Assembly (NCBI RefSeq): GCF_001447785.1
Contig: NW_015172008.1
Location: 124,001-188,000, forward strand
Length of the DNA: 64,000 nt
Direction of reading: 5' to 3'
From: Gekko japonicus
Taxonomy: Eukaryota
The translations under genes were made by a program, and so were the position numbers. Shown one piece after another: positions 63,006-64,000 of this stretch (within the stretch, counting starts at the first letter, position 1; the number at the start of each line of letters is the position of its first letter). The notes below the pieces were generated by a model. It saw only the letters and a list, made by a program, of their open reading frames with translations, searched no databases and had not been told where the DNA came from.

Positions 63006-64000
63006 TGTGTCTTATCAGGGATCTAGAATGTTGGGAAGATTGTTTTCAATGGGGAACAAATTTGAGGGTTTGAGGCAGCTGCTTTTAAAGATAGTGGGAC
63101 CAAATTTGCACAGAACATGGTCCTACTCTAATCTAGAGACCCCCTAGGTTTCGAGTAGAATGGACAAAGGGGATAATTACACAGACCCCTGAAGTAGATG
63201 CTTTTTGGCACAGGTGCACTACGGATTCTGGTGTGGGGGTGGCATCAATACAGCAGGAGAGCACCAGTCATCAGCATTTAAAAAAAATCTTACTTGCATC
63301 TGTTTTTAATGTAATCTTATAGTGCCCGACAGACAATAAAAAGTACCTACTGCTGAAAACTGCATTTGCTATCCTTCTTTCTTGTCTGTTGTTTCCTTTC
63401 ACAAAGTAAAGAAAGCTTCCTTTCTGGAGAGGTTTCCCCTGTCCACGCAATCTTTGGAAACTATTCATTTTTTAAAAATAGAGCACATCTCTGTGTGTGA
63501 TTGGATGTGATGATTCAATCATCTAATTGCTATGAGACACTGATCTTCATGCTGGGCATCCACTGTAGGGATACCTTAATTACTACCAGTATTTAGGGAA
63601 TTCCTGGAGGAAGAGAGGATGAAGAGGTAGCAAAGGACTGGGGCACGGGAGTCTGAGGGCTAAGCTACATGGTATGTTTTAAAAGAGTTGTCTCCAGGTT
63701 CTCTGCTTTGATCAGAGTCACATGTCAGCTCCAAGAATGTCACTTTAAAAGCCATAGAAGATGATTTTACTGACAAGGGGTGACATGGTTGGAGGAGGGG
63801 GCTCTTGTTCCCCCCAGCCTTTTCCTTGATCCTTAAGGACTCCCAGTGAGAATACATTTGCATAAATTAGGCCTGAGAACACACAGTTGAACCCAGACTC
63901 TCTACAGAAATTAGTTATCCGGGGCTTATGTCAAAGTTGATTGGTTGGGAGTGCTCACCTCCTGATCCCTTTGCAAGGATCTGACTGGAAGGGAGAAATG

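Noticed and set aside
19800-64000. CALCR exons or miR-489/miR-653, expected downstream of VPS50 by synteny
   Set aside because: No class B GPCR peptide or recalled miRNA sequence was recognised on either strand. They probably lie beyond the window.

Overview
Vertebrate nuclear DNA from a gapped draft assembly. The repeat repertoire points to a squamate, probably a gecko; this is an inference. The only host gene I can support is VPS50 (syndetin/CCDC132, EARP subunit). Its last six coding exons lie on the + strand (8150-8298, 9561-9657, 9802-9960, 11031-11152, 12552-12741, 18479-18598). All are GT-AG, phase-compatible and stop-free, and two AATAAA signals follow. The rest is intron plus about 45 kb of downstream intergenic DNA dense with transposons: CR1, L2, L1-clade and RTE-X-like LINEs, tRNA- and 5S-derived SINEs, hAT- and Harbinger-like MITEs, a solo LTR and Penelope-like remnants. 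No CALCR exon (the usual downstream neighbour) was recognisable. I found no convincing new protein-coding system. The most notable structures are: a degenerate hammerhead-ribozyme motif in an intronic inverted repeat; a young 284-bp fully palindromic MITE nested in another hairpin; a near-full-length CpG-rich antisense L2 in the last intron; an L1 with a twin-priming inversion; an A-B-A'-C-B' local duplication; and a 27-bp microinversion inside a SINE. Repeat family names come from recalled motifs, not database searches, and most repeat boundaries are approximate.
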